In this document: positions 19,420 to 35,237 of the stretch, in pieces
Layout: each line of letters begins with the position of its first letter
Numbering within the stretch: position 1 is the first letter of the stretch
Assembly: GCF_003019035.1 (NCBI RefSeq)
Contig: NZ_CP027447.1
Length of the DNA stretch: 64,000 bases
Reading direction: 5' to 3' (one strand)
From: Escherichia coli
GTDB lineage: Bacteria > Pseudomonadota > Gammaproteobacteria > Enterobacterales > Enterobacteriaceae
Program-made: the position numbers and the translations under genes
The notes under the pieces: model-generated
What the model was told of the DNA's origin: nothing
The model's input: only the letters and a program-made list of their open reading frames with translations
Database searches by the model: none

Positions 19420-20319
19420 ATGACTCTTACCCAAATAAATTCTTTACTCGCCGTGCTGGATTACGGTGGCTTTACTGAAGCCAGCAAGCGATTGTTCATG
19501 ACGCAGTCGGCGGTAAGTCAGGCAATTGCTGCCCTCGAACAAGAACTTGGCGTGAATATACTGTTACGCGATCGCCGTAAAGCTATACAACTGACCTCTG
19601 CAGGTCACCGCATTATGCATCATCTGCGCGCCATTAATCGGGAAGTGAACGCAGTAAAAGAGATAGCCGAGCAGGAAAAGCAGAACCCTCAAAGAACGCT
19701 GAGACTTGGTTGTTTCCCCAGCGTCTGCGCCTGTATCTTACCGGCTGTGATTCGCTACTTTGAAATTCATCATCCGAATATAAAAATTATTCCTTTTGAG
19801 GAAAATAGCACAGCGATTATTGATTCCCTTCAGAATGAATCCATTGATGCCGGTTTTGTTCATTTTCCGGTGAGCGGAATGTACTCCGTGCCCATTTATC
19901 AGGATAAATTCACCGTAGTGTTACCGCCCAACCATGCTCTGGCAAAAAACAGCACTATTACAGTGGAAGAGTTAATGGGTGAACCATTAATTATTAGTAA
20001 AGGACGCTATGAATTAAGCATTATGGCACTATTTAAAGAAAAGAATATTACCCCACAGATAAAATATGAATTTAATCACCCGGATACAGCGATCAGTTTT
20101 ATTCGACAGGGATTAGGCATCGCCTTATTACCAGAGTTAACGCTGAAAACCATTGCAGATGAATTGTGTTCCGTTCCTCTCGAACCAACCTTCTATCGAC
20201 AGATTTCGTTGCTGACTAAAGAAAAGCCGGTAGAAGGCAGTCCACTGTTTTTACTACAAATGTGCACAGAACAATTAGTGGAGAGTGGAAAATTTGATAT
20301 GAGACAGGATGGCGCATGA
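19420..20319 (+). CDS. LysR-family transcriptional regulator
   Basis: 299-aa ORF with N-terminal HTH (GGFTEASKRLFMTQSAVSQAIAALEQELGVNILLRDRRK) and a LysR substrate-binding domain. As I recall, K-12 has only the pseudogene fragment yfaH at this position. Confidence 0.8.
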   Translation: MTLTQINSLLAVLDYGGFTEASKRLFMTQSAVSQAIAALEQELGVNILLRDRRKAIQLTSAGHRIMHHLRAINREVNAVKEIAEQEKQNPQRTLRLGCFPSVCACILPAVIRYFEIHHPNIKIIPFEENSTAIIDSLQNESIDAGFVHFPVSGMYSVPIYQDKFTVVLPPNHALAKNSTITVEELMGEPLIISKGRYELSIMALFKEKNITPQIKYEFNHPDTAISFIRQGLGIALLPELTLKTIADELCSVPLEPTFYRQISLLTKEKPVEGSPLFLLQMCTEQLVESGKFDMRQDGA

Positions 20320-20338
20320 ACGCCATCCTGCAGTAGCA

Positions 20339-21415
20339 TTACTCTTTATTAAGGAATTTTACTGCCTTATCAGGGAAATCAGTAAACAGCCCATTTACAC
20401 CCGCTTTGTTATACAGAGCATCATATAACTGATTCACATCAGTAGTGTATTCAGGCAGCTTATCTGACCGCACGGTGTAAGGATGTACTACCAGTTTATT
20501 CTGCTGAGCATCCTGCACCATGCCAGTGAGTTTGATATTACCCGGCTGCGATGTCTCCTCAATCAACATATGGTAATCCGGACCAATACCATCAGCATAT
20601 TCCGCCACCTGTTTCATGGCCCCCGGCGTAAACATCCAGTCGTAGTTGTAATTAACCCAGCTTCCGTCCGGTTGTTTCTGCTGAGTTTCGTTCCAGTCGG
20701 TATAGGCAATCAGCTGTACCAGATTGAGGTCCATGCCCATTTTAGGTTCCAGCTCATTCTTAATACGCTTCAGTTCATCGGCATCAAAACATTGCAAATA
20801 AACTTTGTCGTCCTTATCGGTGTAACCATATTTCTTCAGCACTTCCAGCGTTTTTGCCGCAATATCCTTCCCCTCCTGATGATGGAACCACGGCGCTTTA
20901 ATTTCTGGATAGATACCGATATTTTTCCCGGTAGAGTGATTTAACCCCTGAACAAATTCAATCTCTTCTTCGAAAGTGTGTACCCGGAAGTCAGATTTAC
21001 CCATCGGGAAACGCCCCGGATAAGTCTGTACTTTCTTACCGTTTTCAATATCGAAACCTTCGGTAAATTTCAGTGACTTAATTTCATCGAGCGTGAAATC
21101 TATCGCGTAGTAACGACCGTCTTTGCGCGCCCGATCCGGGAAACGATCGGCAACATCAGTAACACGATCGAGATAATGGTCATGCAGAACAACCAGATGG
21201 TCGTCTTTGGTCATCACCAAATCCTGTTCCAGATAATCCGCTCCCTGCGCATACGCCATCGCTTTTGCTGGCAGCGTATGCTCCGGCAAATATCCACTGG
21301 CACCGCGATGGGCGATGACTATTTTTTCGTTGCTGTCCGCCGCCATTGCACTGCTTCCCATGATCATTCCACTCATCATGATCGCCATGCTAAGGTTTTT
21401 CAGCGTCAATTTCAT
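20339..21415 (-). CDS. glpQ: Periplasmic glycerophosphodiester phosphodiesterase
   Basis: ORF 20339-21472. Preferred start is ATG 21415 (MKLTLKNLSMAIMMSGMIMGSSAMAADSNEKIVIAHRGASGYLPEHTL), giving 358 aa with a signal peptide. Confidence 0.95.
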   Translation of the reverse strand: MKLTLKNLSMAIMMSGMIMGSSAMAADSNEKIVIAHRGASGYLPEHTLPAKAMAYAQGADYLEQDLVMTKDDHLVVLHDHYLDRVTDVADRFPDRARKDGRYYAIDFTLDEIKSLKFTEGFDIENGKKVQTYPGRFPMGKSDFRVHTFEEEIEFVQGLNHSTGKNIGIYPEIKAPWFHHQEGKDIAAKTLEVLKKYGYTDKDDKVYLQCFDADELKRIKNELEPKMGMDLNLVQLIAYTDWNETQQKQPDGSWVNYNYDWMFTPGAMKQVAEYADGIGPDYHMLIEETSQPGNIKLTGMVQDAQQNKLVVHPYTVRSDKLPEYTTDVNQLYDALYNKAGVNGLFTDFPDKAVKFLNKE

Positions 21416-21419
21416 GCCA

Positions 21420-22778
21420 TTAGCCTCCGTTGCGTTTTTGCAGTAATTCCTGATGGCGACGTTTTTCGCCAATCATCACAACAATCAACAAGATAACCGC
21501 CAGAATGCTGCCGCCAATCATTACCATAAAGCCGCCATCCCAGCCGAAGAAGTCCACGGTGTAGCCAACAATCGCGCTCGCCGCCACCGAACCGCCCAGG
21601 TAACCAAACAGCCCGGTAAAGCCCGCTGCCGTACCTGCCGCTTTTTTCGGTGCCAGTTCCAGCGCATGCAGACCGATCAGCATCACAGGGCCGTAGATCA
21701 GGAAGCCGATAACAATCATACAAATCATATCTACGGTTGGGTTACCTGCCGGGTTCATCCAGTAAACGATAGTCGCGATGGTCACCAGTGTCATAAAGAA
21801 GACGCCGGTGGCCCCACGGTTGCCACGGAAGACTTTATCCGACATCCAGCCGCACAGCAGGGTGCCCGGAATGCCCGCATACTCATAGAAGAAGTAGGCC
21901 CAGGAGGATTTATCCAGCGCGAAGTGTTTCACCTCTTTCAGATAAGTCGGTGACCAGTCGAGGATGCCGTAACGCAGCAGATAAACGAACACGTTGGCGA
22001 TAGCGATGTACCACAGCAGTTTGTTCGGCAGCACGTACTGCATGAAGATTTGCTTCGCCGTCAGCTCCTGTTCCGCTTTTTCGTTATAGTCGTCCGGATA
22101 ATCATTTTTGTACTCTTCGATCGGCGGCAGGCCACAGGATTGCGGGGTATCGCGCATCATCGCAAAGGCGAACAGTGCCACCAGAATGGCGCAGAAAGCG
22201 GGCATATAGAGCGCCGCGTGCCAGTCATTGAACCAGGCCATCCCCAGCAGGAACAGCAGCGGCGGAATACCACCACCGACGTTGTGCGCACAGTTCCACA
22301 CTGACACAATGCCGCCACGTTCTTTCTGCGACCACCAGTGCACCATAGTACGACCGCACGGCGGCCATCCCATCCCCTGGAACCAACCGCAGAGGAACAA
22401 CAGTACAAACATCACCGCGATGCTCGACGTCGCCCACGGCACAAAGCCCATAAACAACATCACTGCCGCCGCCAGAATCAAACCTGCGGGCAGGAAAACG
22501 CGCGGATTCGAGCGATCCGATACCGAACCCATGATGAATTTCGAAAATCCATAAGCAATCGAGATCCCCGAAAGGGCAAAACCTAAATCACCGCGTGAGA
22601 ATCCCTGCTCAACCAGATAAGGCATAGCGAGCGCAAAGTTCTTACGAACCAAATAGTAAGCAGCATAGCCAAAGAATATCCCCAGGAAAATTTGCCAGCG
22701 CAATCGACGATAAGTCGGATCGATCTCCGCGGCAGGTAAGCGCGCTTTGTGTGGCGCTGGTTTAAAAATACTCAACAT
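21420..22778 (-). CDS. glpT: Glycerol-3-phosphate:phosphate antiporter
   Basis: 452-aa MFS protein ([48 protein letters not shown]). Confidence 0.96.
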   Translation of the reverse strand: MLSIFKPAPHKARLPAAEIDPTYRRLRWQIFLGIFFGYAAYYLVRKNFALAMPYLVEQGFSRGDLGFALSGISIAYGFSKFIMGSVSDRSNPRVFLPAGLILAAAVMLFMGFVPWATSSIAVMFVLLFLCGWFQGMGWPPCGRTMVHWWSQKERGGIVSVWNCAHNVGGGIPPLLFLLGMAWFNDWHAALYMPAFCAILVALFAFAMMRDTPQSCGLPPIEEYKNDYPDDYNEKAEQELTAKQIFMQYVLPNKLLWYIAIANVFVYLLRYGILDWSPTYLKEVKHFALDKSSWAYFFYEYAGIPGTLLCGWMSDKVFRGNRGATGVFFMTLVTIATIVYWMNPAGNPTVDMICMIVIGFLIYGPVMLIGLHALELAPKKAAGTAAGFTGLFGYLGGSVAASAIVGYTVDFFGWDGGFMVMIGGSILAVILLIVVMIGEKRRHQELLQKRNGG

Positions 22779-22888
22779 TGATAGCCTCCGTGGCCCGTGG
22801 TCTTATTTATGATTAACAGCCTGATTCAGTGGGAGAACCTGCCGTTTCTTGAGTTGCCGCGATGTTAAGAAAACATTCATAAATTAAA

Positions 22889-22904
22889 TGTGAATTACCG
22901 CACA
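22889..22904. promoter_or_regulatory. CRP-binding-site-like motif in the divergent glpTQ / glpACB control region
   Basis: tgtgaattaccgcaca matches TGTGA-N6-TCACA at 4 of 5 positions in the second half-site. GlpR-operator-like repeats (atgttcagaatgacgcat, tgagcgaatatgcgcgaaat) lie nearby. Confidence 0.5.
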
Positions 22905-23050
22905 CATTATTAAATACGATGGTTTAAATGTTCAGAATGACGCATGAAATCACGTTTCACTTTCGAATTGTGAGCGAATATGCGCGAAATCAAACAATTC
23001 ATGTTTTTACTATGGCTAAATGGTAAAAAACGAACTTCAGAGGGATAACA

Positions 23051-27115
<4,065 letters not shown>

Positions 27116-27126
27116 ACTCCTTTCTG

Positions 27127-27160
27127 ATGCCCGGTAAGCATGTTGTTACCGGGCATTTTT
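27127..27160 (+). terminator. Rho-independent terminator downstream of glpC
   Basis: Stem atgcccggtaa / ttaccgggcat with an 8-nt loop, followed by TTTT. Confidence 0.7.
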
Positions 27161-27307
27161 GCGTACACGATTCCGTGCCCAATGTATACGTTGCAACGCA
27201 GTGAAAATTCCTCTGAAAACGTCTCGCAAAGGCTGAAACTGGCAGATGTCAAAGGCCCGGGATAACCGTAATGTCGCGTCATCATAAATATCAGGTGACG
27301 GACAACC

Positions 27308-28222
27308 ATGACCGAATCAACAACCTCCTCCCCGCATGATGCGGTATTTAAAACCTTTATGTTCACACCCGAAACCGCACGGGATTTTCTGGAAATACAT
27401 CTACCAGAGCCGCTGCGCAAGCTTTGCAACCTGCAAACCTTACGCCTGGAACCCACCAGTTTTATTGAAAAAAGTTTACGCGCTTACTACTCGGATGTTT
27501 TGTGGTCTGTGGAAACCAGCGACGGTGACGGCTATATCTACTGCGTGATTGAACATCAAAGCTCTGCAGAAAAGAATATGGCTTTTCGGCTAATGCGCTA
27601 TGCCACTGCCGCCATGCAACGTCATCTGGACAAAGGCTATGACAGAGTCCCGCTGGTGGTACCATTGCTGTTTTATCATGGCGAAACCTCGCCCTACCCG
27701 TACTCACTCAACTGGCTGGATGAGTTTGACGATCCGCAACTTGCCCGGCAGTTGTACACCGAAGCTTTTCCGTTGGTGGATATCACCATCGTACCTGACG
27801 ATGAGATCATGCAACATCGGCGTATAGCTCTGCTGGAACTGATTCAAAAGCATATTCGCGACCGCGATTTAATCGGTATGGTCGACAGGATCACCACGCT
27901 TTTGGTTAGAGGCTTCACTAATGACAGCCAGCTACAAACACTGTTTAATTATCTGCTGCAATGCGGCGATACCTCCCGTTTCACCCGTTTTATTCAGGAG
28001 ATTGCCGAACGTTCACCACTACAAAAGGAGAGATTAATGACTATTGCTGAACGGCTACGGCAGGAAGGACATCAAATTGGCTGGCAGGAGGGTAAATTAG
28101 AAGGCATGCATGAACAAGCCATTAAAATTGCCTTGCGCATGCTGGAACAGGGCATTGATCGTGACCAGGTGCTCGCGGCCACTCAGCTAAGCGAAGCCGA
28201 TCTGGCAGCGAATAACCACTAA
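27308..28222 (+). CDS. yfaD: Rpn-family recombination-promoting nuclease (YhgA-like, PD-(D/E)XK, transposase_31 fold)
   Basis: 304-aa ORF ([36 protein letters not shown] ... YSDVLWSV ... YCVIEHQS) typical of the RpnA-E family. No flanking inverted repeats seen. Confidence 0.85.
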   Translation: MTESTTSSPHDAVFKTFMFTPETARDFLEIHLPEPLRKLCNLQTLRLEPTSFIEKSLRAYYSDVLWSVETSDGDGYIYCVIEHQSSAEKNMAFRLMRYATAAMQRHLDKGYDRVPLVVPLLFYHGETSPYPYSLNWLDEFDDPQLARQLYTEAFPLVDITIVPDDEIMQHRRIALLELIQKHIRDRDLIGMVDRITTLLVRGFTNDSQLQTLFNYLLQCGDTSRFTRFIQEIAERSPLQKERLMTIAERLRQEGHQIGWQEGKLEGMHEQAIKIALRMLEQGIDRDQVLAATQLSEADLAANNH

Positions 28223-28262
28223 TTAACACAGGCCCACAGCCGATCCCCATGGGCCTTTGATA

Positions 28263-29066
28263 TCAATAACTACCTTTTACGCGTGGCCCATTTTTGCCTG
28301 ATTCAAACATCGCCAGTCGTTGATCCAGGGCATCGCTGTAGAGCATCGTGTCAACGCCAACAGCGACAAAGTTCGCTCCCCACGCCAGGCATTGCTGCGC
28401 CATATCAGGAGCCACAGCCAGAAAACCAGCAGCTTTACCCGCAGCACGGATCCGCCGAATACTGGTTTCAATAATTCGCTGCACTTCCGGGTGCCCGGCG
28501 TTATCCGGGTAGCCCAACGACGCAGAAAGATCCGCAGGTCCAATAAACACGCCATCAATCCCTTCGACGTCGAGGATTTCGTCCAGGTTATCCAGTGCCG
28601 TCTTACTTTCCACCTGCACCAACAGACAAAGCGAATCGTTGACGTGCGCCATGTAATTCTCAATGCGTCCCCAGCGAGCAGCCCGTGCCACACTGGCCCC
28701 AACACCACGCTCACCGTAGGGAGGATAGCGCGTGGCAGACACCACCTGACGTGCCTGATCGGCAGTATCGACCATCGGGATCAGTAGAGTTTGCGCGCCA
28801 ATATCCAGGACTTGTTTAATCAGCGACTTACTGGCTTCCACCGGACGGATCACGGGTTGGCTGGCATAGGGCGCTACCGCCTGTAGCTGGTGATAAAGAT
28901 CCTGAATGGTGTTTGGCGCGTGCTCCCCGTCAATCAGCAACCAGTCATAACCGGAGGTGGCGGCAATTTCTGCCATATAAGAAGTAGTCGAGCTTAACCA
29001 CAGACCAATTTGCACTTCGCCCTTGCGTAAACGTTCTTTAAAGGGATTGCTTAATAATGCGTTCAT
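28263..29066 (-). CDS. rhmA: 2-keto-3-deoxy-L-rhamnonate aldolase
   Basis: ORF 28263-29369. Preferred start is ATG 29066 ([26 protein letters not shown]), giving 267 aa; HpcH/HpaI aldolase family. Confidence 0.9.
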   Translation of the reverse strand: MNALLSNPFKERLRKGEVQIGLWLSSTTSYMAEIAATSGYDWLLIDGEHAPNTIQDLYHQLQAVAPYASQPVIRPVEASKSLIKQVLDIGAQTLLIPMVDTADQARQVVSATRYPPYGERGVGASVARAARWGRIENYMAHVNDSLCLLVQVESKTALDNLDEILDVEGIDGVFIGPADLSASLGYPDNAGHPEVQRIIETSIRRIRAAGKAAGFLAVAPDMAQQCLAWGANFVAVGVDTMLYSDALDQRLAMFESGKNGPRVKGSY

Positions 29067-29083
29067 CGTGTTCCTTAACCTAT

Positions 29084-30373
29084 TTAATGATGTGCCACGT
29101 CGGTCTGCGCAACAGTGCGATTTACACGCAGAGTGAAAATAATCAGCGAACCGATGACCGCCACCGCTGCCAGCGTCAGTAATCCCGCCGCATCGCTGGA
29201 AAATAACGTTTCTGCTTTCACGCGCAGGATCGGGGCAATAAACCCGCCCACTGCACCAAACAGGTTTACAAAACCAATCCCCGCAGCCAGCGCCGTACCG
29301 GAAAGCAGTTGTGTCGGCATCGTCCAGAACACCGGCTGCACGGCAATAAACCCGATGGCTGCAACACACAGCGCTACGATCGCCAGTACTGGAGAAAGCA
29401 GCCCGGACAGACCAATACCAATGCCCGCCGCCAGTAATGTCAGCGCTGCGACATTACGCCGTTCGCCGGTTTTATCGGAATAGCGCGGAATAAGCCAGGT
29501 TCCAAACAAGGCCGCAACCCACGGAATGGCGGTGACCACCGACGCCGTAAAGCCCACTTTTGTCCCCAGCAATGCAGCAACCTGGGTCGGCAGGAAGAAA
29601 ATTAATCCGTAAACCGCTACCTGAATGGTCAGGTAGATAATCGCCAGTTGCCAGACTCGCCCATTACGCAGCGCATCGCTCAGTCGGGAAGTCACTTTCT
29701 GTTGTTCTTCACTTGCCAGTTGGTTGATAAGCAACGTTTTTTCTTCTTTACTCAGAAAACGTGCCTGCTCCGGTGTGTCATCAAGCCAAAAGAATGTGAA
29801 TACCCCAGCGCCGACTGCCAACAATCCTTCAATAACAAACATCCAGAACCAGCCGGGATGCCCCATAAATCCATGCATCTCCAGCAGCGCGCCAGAAAGC
29901 GGTGATCCCAGTGTTAACGCCAGCGGTGCGCCCATATAGAACAGCCCCATAATGCTGGCGCGATTACGCTGCGGAAACCATTGCGAGGTGAGATAAATCA
30001 TACCAGGGAAAAACCCAGCCTCCGCAGCACCAAGCAGAGTGCGAACAATCAGAAATTTCGCTTCAGTATCGGCCCATGCCATGGCAGCCGAAAGAAATCC
30101 CCACAGCAGTGTTGTCGTACCAATCCAGGTTCTTGCCCCCAGTTTGCGCATCAAAAGATTCGCCGGAACCCCCAGAAACGCGTATACCACAAAGAAAATG
30201 CCTGCTCCCAGCGCATAAGCTTCATTACTCAGCCCGGTATCAATCTGGTAGGTCTGTTTGGCAAAACCAATATTCGAACGGTCGAGAAACGCCAGCACAT
30301 ACAGCGCCAACATAAACGGAATTAAACGCGCGCGGTTTTTCTTCACCACGGCGTCAAGCAAAGCGGTGCTCAT
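29084..30373 (-). CDS. rhmT: L-rhamnonate transporter (MFS, ACS family)
   Basis: ORF 29084-30412. Preferred start is ATG 30373 ([38 protein letters not shown]), giving 429 aa. Confidence 0.9.
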   Translation of the reverse strand: MSTALLDAVVKKNRARLIPFMLALYVLAFLDRSNIGFAKQTYQIDTGLSNEAYALGAGIFFVVYAFLGVPANLLMRKLGARTWIGTTTLLWGFLSAAMAWADTEAKFLIVRTLLGAAEAGFFPGMIYLTSQWFPQRNRASIMGLFYMGAPLALTLGSPLSGALLEMHGFMGHPGWFWMFVIEGLLAVGAGVFTFFWLDDTPEQARFLSKEEKTLLINQLASEEQQKVTSRLSDALRNGRVWQLAIIYLTIQVAVYGLIFFLPTQVAALLGTKVGFTASVVTAIPWVAALFGTWLIPRYSDKTGERRNVAALTLLAAGIGIGLSGLLSPVLAIVALCVAAIGFIAVQPVFWTMPTQLLSGTALAAGIGFVNLFGAVGGFIAPILRVKAETLFSSDAAGLLTLAAVAVIGSLIIFTLRVNRTVAQTDVAHH

Positions 30374-30429
30374 AAAAAGCTCCTTAGAATATGTGGGCGT
30401 TACCGTTGTCACAGCAACGCCCGGAGTGA

Positions 30430-31635
30430 TTAGTGGCTGTAGGGGCGTTTCAAATTGCAGTCACGATTGAGTTCGACGCCGAAACCGGGTTTATCAAGCA
30501 CTGATTTATGAATACGACCATTCACCGGAACCGGCTCATTAAGCAGAATCGGATCAAATTGCGGACGCATCGTTGAACAATCCGGGCTGGTCATCAGGAA
30601 TTCACTGAATGGCGTATTGGTGAAGGTGATCACCGCATGGTGGGAGTAAACAGACGAACCGTGCGGCACCACCAGTTGCCCTCTGGATTTGGCGATTGCG
30701 GCAATTTCCACCAGCGTGGTTAAGCCACCGCACCAGCCAACATCCGGCTGCATAATGTCGATACCGGTTTCTGAAAGCGTACGGAAAGATTGCAATGTGC
30801 CGTGGTGCTCACCGCTGGTGACCATCATCCCCGCTGGTGCGTTGCGTTTCAGTTCGCGATAACCTTCATACTGCTGTGGCGGCAGGCACTCTTCGATCCA
30901 TTTCAGGTTATAGGGCGCGCAAGCGTGGGCCAGTTTGGTGGCATAGTTCACGTCCTGACTCATCCAGCAGTCGAGCATTAACCAGAAATCCTCACCGCAT
31001 TTTTCACGCATATCCGCGACCATAGCGGCATCTTTGCGGATCCCCGCATCGCCATCATGTGGCCCCCAGTGCGTCGGCATTTTGCCACCGATAAAGCCCA
31101 TCTCTTTTGCCAGATCCGGACGCGCACCTGTGGCGTAGAACTGAATCTCATCACGAACCGCGCCGCCTAAAAGTTTATAAACCGGAAGCCCAACCACTTT
31201 GCCGAACAGATCCCACAGAGCCAGATCGACACAGGAAATCGTATTCATCACCAGGCCACCAGAGCCGGAGTAATACAGGGTGGCATTGAGCATTTGATCG
31301 TGGATCAGTTTGATATCACTGACACATTTACCCTCAATGAAACGGTTAAGGTGTTTTTCGACAATAAAACAGCCCATTTCACCGGCTGTCGAAACGGCGA
31401 ATCCGGTCTGGCCGTTTTCTGCTTCGACTTCAACAATCAACGTGCCAAGAACGTTAATGCCAAATGACTGGCGTGACTGCTCATAATCGCGGTATTTACT
31501 CATCGGGGTGGCAATATGATCGTCAATCCAGTGATTCGCCCCCTGGTCGTGATAATCACCGCCGCCAGCGCCTTTTTCTGCTGTCGCACCGCCAGTAAAC
31601 CAGGCGCGAACCTGTTTGATTTTTGGTAGGGTCAT
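30430..31635 (-). CDS. rhmD: L-rhamnonate dehydratase (enolase superfamily)
   Basis: ORF 30430-31647. Preferred start is ATG 31635 ([13 protein letters not shown]) with GGAG SD, giving 401 aa. Confidence 0.92.
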   Translation of the reverse strand: MTLPKIKQVRAWFTGGATAEKGAGGGDYHDQGANHWIDDHIATPMSKYRDYEQSRQSFGINVLGTLIVEVEAENGQTGFAVSTAGEMGCFIVEKHLNRFIEGKCVSDIKLIHDQMLNATLYYSGSGGLVMNTISCVDLALWDLFGKVVGLPVYKLLGGAVRDEIQFYATGARPDLAKEMGFIGGKMPTHWGPHDGDAGIRKDAAMVADMREKCGEDFWLMLDCWMSQDVNYATKLAHACAPYNLKWIEECLPPQQYEGYRELKRNAPAGMMVTSGEHHGTLQSFRTLSETGIDIMQPDVGWCGGLTTLVEIAAIAKSRGQLVVPHGSSVYSHHAVITFTNTPFSEFLMTSPDCSTMRPQFDPILLNEPVPVNGRIHKSVLDKPGFGVELNRDCNLKRPYSH

Positions 31636-31649
31636 GCTGTTCTCCATTG

Positions 31650-32432
31650 TTATGAGGCCTGTAAGTCAAAGGGACTTTTCCATCCCAACAGACGTGAAAT
31701 ATCCCTGGCGCAGGCAATGGCCTTGCCCGCCAGATAATCACGGTATTCTTCATTGATTTGTAAGCGGGTACCGACCACCGAGATCGCAGCGGTAAGCTCG
31801 TTATTGGCGTTAAACACCGGCGCAGCGACACAACGGACATCGGCGTAATCTTCGCCGTTGTCATAGCTCCAGCCCTGACGGCGAATACGCGCCAGTTCTT
31901 CGTGAAGTTGCTGTGGATGAGTAATCGTTGTGGGTGTCGCCTGCTCCCAGATCAGCCCTTCGATAATACTTTGCTGTACAGCTGCAGGTTGCCAGGCAAG
32001 CAGGCATTTCCCGATGCCGGAGCGATAAAGCGAAAGGCTTTTTCCTTCATGGGAACGCACGCTGATAGTGGCTGATGACTCCACTTTCAAAATGTAATAA
32101 GCGCTGCCGTTATCAATAATCCCCAGGTGACATAACAGCCCGGTGGTATCCATCAGTTGCGTCAAACGCGGTCGAGCCAGTTCCCGGAGATCCATCTTGC
32201 TTAACGCATGACCGGAAAGCTCCACCAGCTTGGTCCACAAACAAAAATTTTCCTGGTGATCAAGGCTAAGAAAACGCTGACGCCTGAGTTCATTAAGCAG
32301 CAAATAGGCCGTGCTTTTAGGGATCCCCAATGTGTCAATGATCGTCGCAGCACTACAGGGGCCAATGCGGGCAATCAAATTGAGAATATCAATAGCCCGT
32401 GTCAGGGCGGGAACTTTGCTTGATTCCAACAT
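31650..32432 (-). CDS. rhmR: IclR-family transcriptional regulator of the rhm operon
   Basis: 260-aa ORF with N-terminal HTH ([41 protein letters not shown]) and an IclR effector domain. Confidence 0.9.
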   Translation of the reverse strand: MLESSKVPALTRAIDILNLIARIGPCSAATIIDTLGIPKSTAYLLLNELRRQRFLSLDHQENFCLWTKLVELSGHALSKMDLRELARPRLTQLMDTTGLLCHLGIIDNGSAYYILKVESSATISVRSHEGKSLSLYRSGIGKCLLAWQPAAVQQSIIEGLIWEQATPTTITHPQQLHEELARIRRQGWSYDNGEDYADVRCVAAPVFNANNELTAAISVVGTRLQINEEYRDYLAGKAIACARDISRLLGWKSPFDLQAS

Positions 32433-32651
32433 ACTGGACTCCAGTCTTAGATACTGGAATCAGTCTCGTTGCTCAGGGGGAGTAAAATTGTGAAGCGCAT
32501 CAAATCCCGCTCCTCGTCCAGCGGACTGGAGAAATTACGCACAAATTTGTGAATCAGCGCACGGATTTTTTCTTATTGAGTACAACAGGTTGGACAAATT
32601 TTGCCGGAGGGGGAATGTGCCGGTGCAGTAAACCGGCACAGAGTGGCGGAA

Positions 32652-33854
32652 TCAGACAGATAAGGTCATGGACTCAACAACCTCAATCCAGCCATGCTCA
32701 CTGGCGATGTCCTGGCCGTTTAACCAACGGCGCAGCATATTCAGTGCCATCATTGCGCACACTTCCTGACGGATAGCCAGGCTGTAGCGCGTAGTGCTGA
32801 AACGCACACGCAGAGCGAAAGTGCCGTCTGGCGTGGCTAGCGCAAAGTTGAGATGCTCGTTCTCGAAACCCGAAACAGCCAGTGCCAGCCCGGCAAAATG
32901 GTTGGCCCGCCGTTCTGTCATCCAGTGCGCAGTTTGCGCCAGGGTTTCTTCCTGTGAAGGAACCACTTCACACGCCAGCAATGGAGCACCTGCGCGAGAA
33001 AGTTGCAAAGCCAATAAACCGCCGGTGAATTGCTCGCTCAACGTCAGGCTGAACTGGCGGTTTTGCAATTCGCGACTGATCTGCGCGGGCAGTCCTTCGG
33101 TGCCTTCGAAAATCACGCTCTGTCCGGCAACTCGTTTAACGTCCAGCCACAGTTTTTCCATCGCCTGTTGCTCGCTTGCCGGTCCGGTGAGCTTCAGTTC
33201 GATGATCGGCATTGAGGAGCGATAGCCCATTGTTACGCCCGGCGGCAGTTGTAGAGTGTCCAGGCTTTGTGCCAGATCGCTTTCCGAACGACCAAAGGTA
33301 GTCAAACGCAGACAAACCGGCGGCTGCGGTAAAGAAAAACGCTCGCGCAAGCGCGGCAGGATTTCGTGCTCGACCATCACCTTAAATTCTGACGGTACGC
33401 CGGGAGTAAAGAACATCAGGCAACGATTAAGCTGCACGGCAAAACCACAGGCGGTGCCTACCGGGTTATTGATAAATTCAGCACTGGCAGGCAGCTCCGC
33501 TTGTTTACGGTTGCTCGGTGCCATTACTCGTCCACGTTCGTGGAAATAGCGTTCCATCTCTTTGAGCCAGGCCTCATGCAGCACCAGGCCTTCACCTTTT
33601 GCTGTCGCAGCGGCGAGTGCGCTTAAATCATCGCTGGTCGGTCCCAGCCCGCCGTTAACGATCAGCACATCGGCGTGCTGACTACGTTCGCGAAGAATGG
33701 TGACTAAGTCATCAAGGTTATCCCCCACCGTATTGCGGCGAGATAATGGCAGCCCCTGATGAAAGAAAAAATCGGCCAGCCAGGCAGCGTTAGTGTCAAC
33801 GATTTGCCCGTGTAACACTTCATCCCCGGTGGATAACATTTCCACTTTTAACAT
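32652..33854 (-). CDS. yfaY: CinA-family protein (MoCF-binding domain)
   Basis: 400-aa ORF (MLKVEMLSTGDEVLHGQIVDTNAAWLADFF ... LIVNGGLGPTSDD). Confidence 0.88.
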   Translation of the reverse strand: MLKVEMLSTGDEVLHGQIVDTNAAWLADFFFHQGLPLSRRNTVGDNLDDLVTILRERSQHADVLIVNGGLGPTSDDLSALAAATAKGEGLVLHEAWLKEMERYFHERGRVMAPSNRKQAELPASAEFINNPVGTACGFAVQLNRCLMFFTPGVPSEFKVMVEHEILPRLRERFSLPQPPVCLRLTTFGRSESDLAQSLDTLQLPPGVTMGYRSSMPIIELKLTGPASEQQAMEKLWLDVKRVAGQSVIFEGTEGLPAQISRELQNRQFSLTLSEQFTGGLLALQLSRAGAPLLACEVVPSQEETLAQTAHWMTERRANHFAGLALAVSGFENEHLNFALATPDGTFALRVRFSTTRYSLAIRQEVCAMMALNMLRRWLNGQDIASEHGWIEVVESMTLSV

Positions 33855-33953
33855 GGTTATCTCCTGCTTTTGTTATCGAATCACTATAACGCAAAGGGAG
33901 ATAAGGCGTAGCAAGAAACTGAATGGCGCGGCAGAATGCCGCGCCGGAAGGGA

Positions 33954-34496
33954 TCAGAAACTGGCGTTAACCCCCACATACGGGCCGTCAGCCACGGCGT
34001 TGTCGCGGTTACCGTCTTTACCCGACAGATTCAGGTAGCGATAGCCCGCCTCAATACTGACTGGACGCATAATGGTGTAACGCGCGCCAGCATTCGCTTC
34101 CTCATAACTTTGAATACCGCTGGAGAGCGAATCCGGAGAGTAGTAATACTCGCCAAACAGACGGAAACTGTTGCCAATTTTCCACTGCAAACCACCTCCT
34201 ACCGCTGCGGCATAACCTTCATCGCCGTAATTCGGGTTGGTGTAAACGCCTTTTCCGCCAACGGTCGCCATTAACGGCCCGAGAGGCAGATTCAACCCCA
34301 GCCCCACGCCCGCGACGTCACCGTCGTCGTCGTTATGTGTCCAGTTACCGCTTAACGCCAGGCCCGTCGATTCAGTCCCAAAACCGACACCAATATTGGT
34401 GTATTCTTTACCCGCCTGACCGCTGATGCTCATTGCATTGACCGATGCAGAAACCAACAGCATTCCGGCCAGACCTGCTAGCGCAATTTTTTTCAT
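33954..34496 (-). CDS. yfaZ: Outer-membrane beta-barrel protein YfaZ
   Basis: 180-aa ORF with signal peptide (MKKIALAGLAGMLLVSASVNA), Gly/Tyr-rich beta strands and a C-terminal aromatic residue (F). Confidence 0.88.
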   Translation of the reverse strand: MKKIALAGLAGMLLVSASVNAMSISGQAGKEYTNIGVGFGTESTGLALSGNWTHNDDDGDVAGVGLGLNLPLGPLMATVGGKGVYTNPNYGDEGYAAAVGGGLQWKIGNSFRLFGEYYYSPDSLSSGIQSYEEANAGARYTIMRPVSIEAGYRYLNLSGKDGNRDNAVADGPYVGVNASF

Positions 34497-34773
34497 ATCC
34501 CCTTTCCCACAAGCAATTAATCAAAATTCCCAAAGCTGCGGGATTGTACTGCCTGGCACAGAGGATTCAATGAGCGAAAAAAGGGATCTAGTCACTTATT
34601 GTAACTAAATACTTCTTAAATAATTAAACGCCGAAAAAATAAACACACTTTATCGATACACACAAAAATAATAATAAGTACAGTTATCATCGCAAAAGAG
34701 ATTACTGTCACTTTCACATATTTCTGAGTTACCGTATTCTCATGGTTTCTTTTTATTTATAAGGAATACCCCT

Positions 34774-35199
34774 GTGCGACAACGGACTATTGTATGCCCT
34801 TTGATTCAAAATGATGGTGCTTATTTGCTGTGTAAAATGGCCGACGATCGCGGCGTTTTCCCCGGTCAATGGGCGCTTTCGGGTGGCGGCGTAGAGCCTG
34901 GCGAACGAATTGAAGAGGCACTACGCCGCGAAATTCGCGAAGAACTGGGAGAACAGCTGCTTTTGACAGAAATCACGCCGTGGACCTTCAGCGATGATAT
35001 TCGCACCAAGACGTATGCAGATGGTCGCAAGGAAGAGATTTATATGATTTACCTGATTTTTGACTGCGTTTCTGCCAACCGAGAAGTGAAAATAAACGAA
35101 GAGTTTCAGGACTACGCGTGGGTAAAACCTGAAGATCTGGCGCACTATGATTTGAATGTCGCCACCCGAAAAACGTTACGTTTGAAAGGTCTTCTGTAA
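34774..35199 (+). CDS. nudI: Nudix hydrolase (nucleoside triphosphatase NudI)
   Basis: 141-aa ORF with Nudix box [24 protein letters not shown]. Confidence 0.92.
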
Positions 35200-35237
35200 T
35201 AATGATGACAGCCATTACTGGCTGTCAGATTGAAAAT

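Noticed and set aside
27308-28222. yfaD (Rpn, transposase-like nuclease) as a possible insertion sequence or mobile element
   Set aside because: No terminal inverted repeats or target-site duplications flank the gene, and it sits in the position expected for the chromosomal rpn paralogue. It is treated as a domesticated single gene, not a mobile element.
32433-32651. Hairpin gtgccggtgcagtaaaccggcac downstream of yfaY as a terminator or small RNA
   Set aside because: A stable stem is present but no U-tract follows on either strand, and the region also has to hold the rhmR promoter. Insufficient evidence to call a terminator or sRNA.
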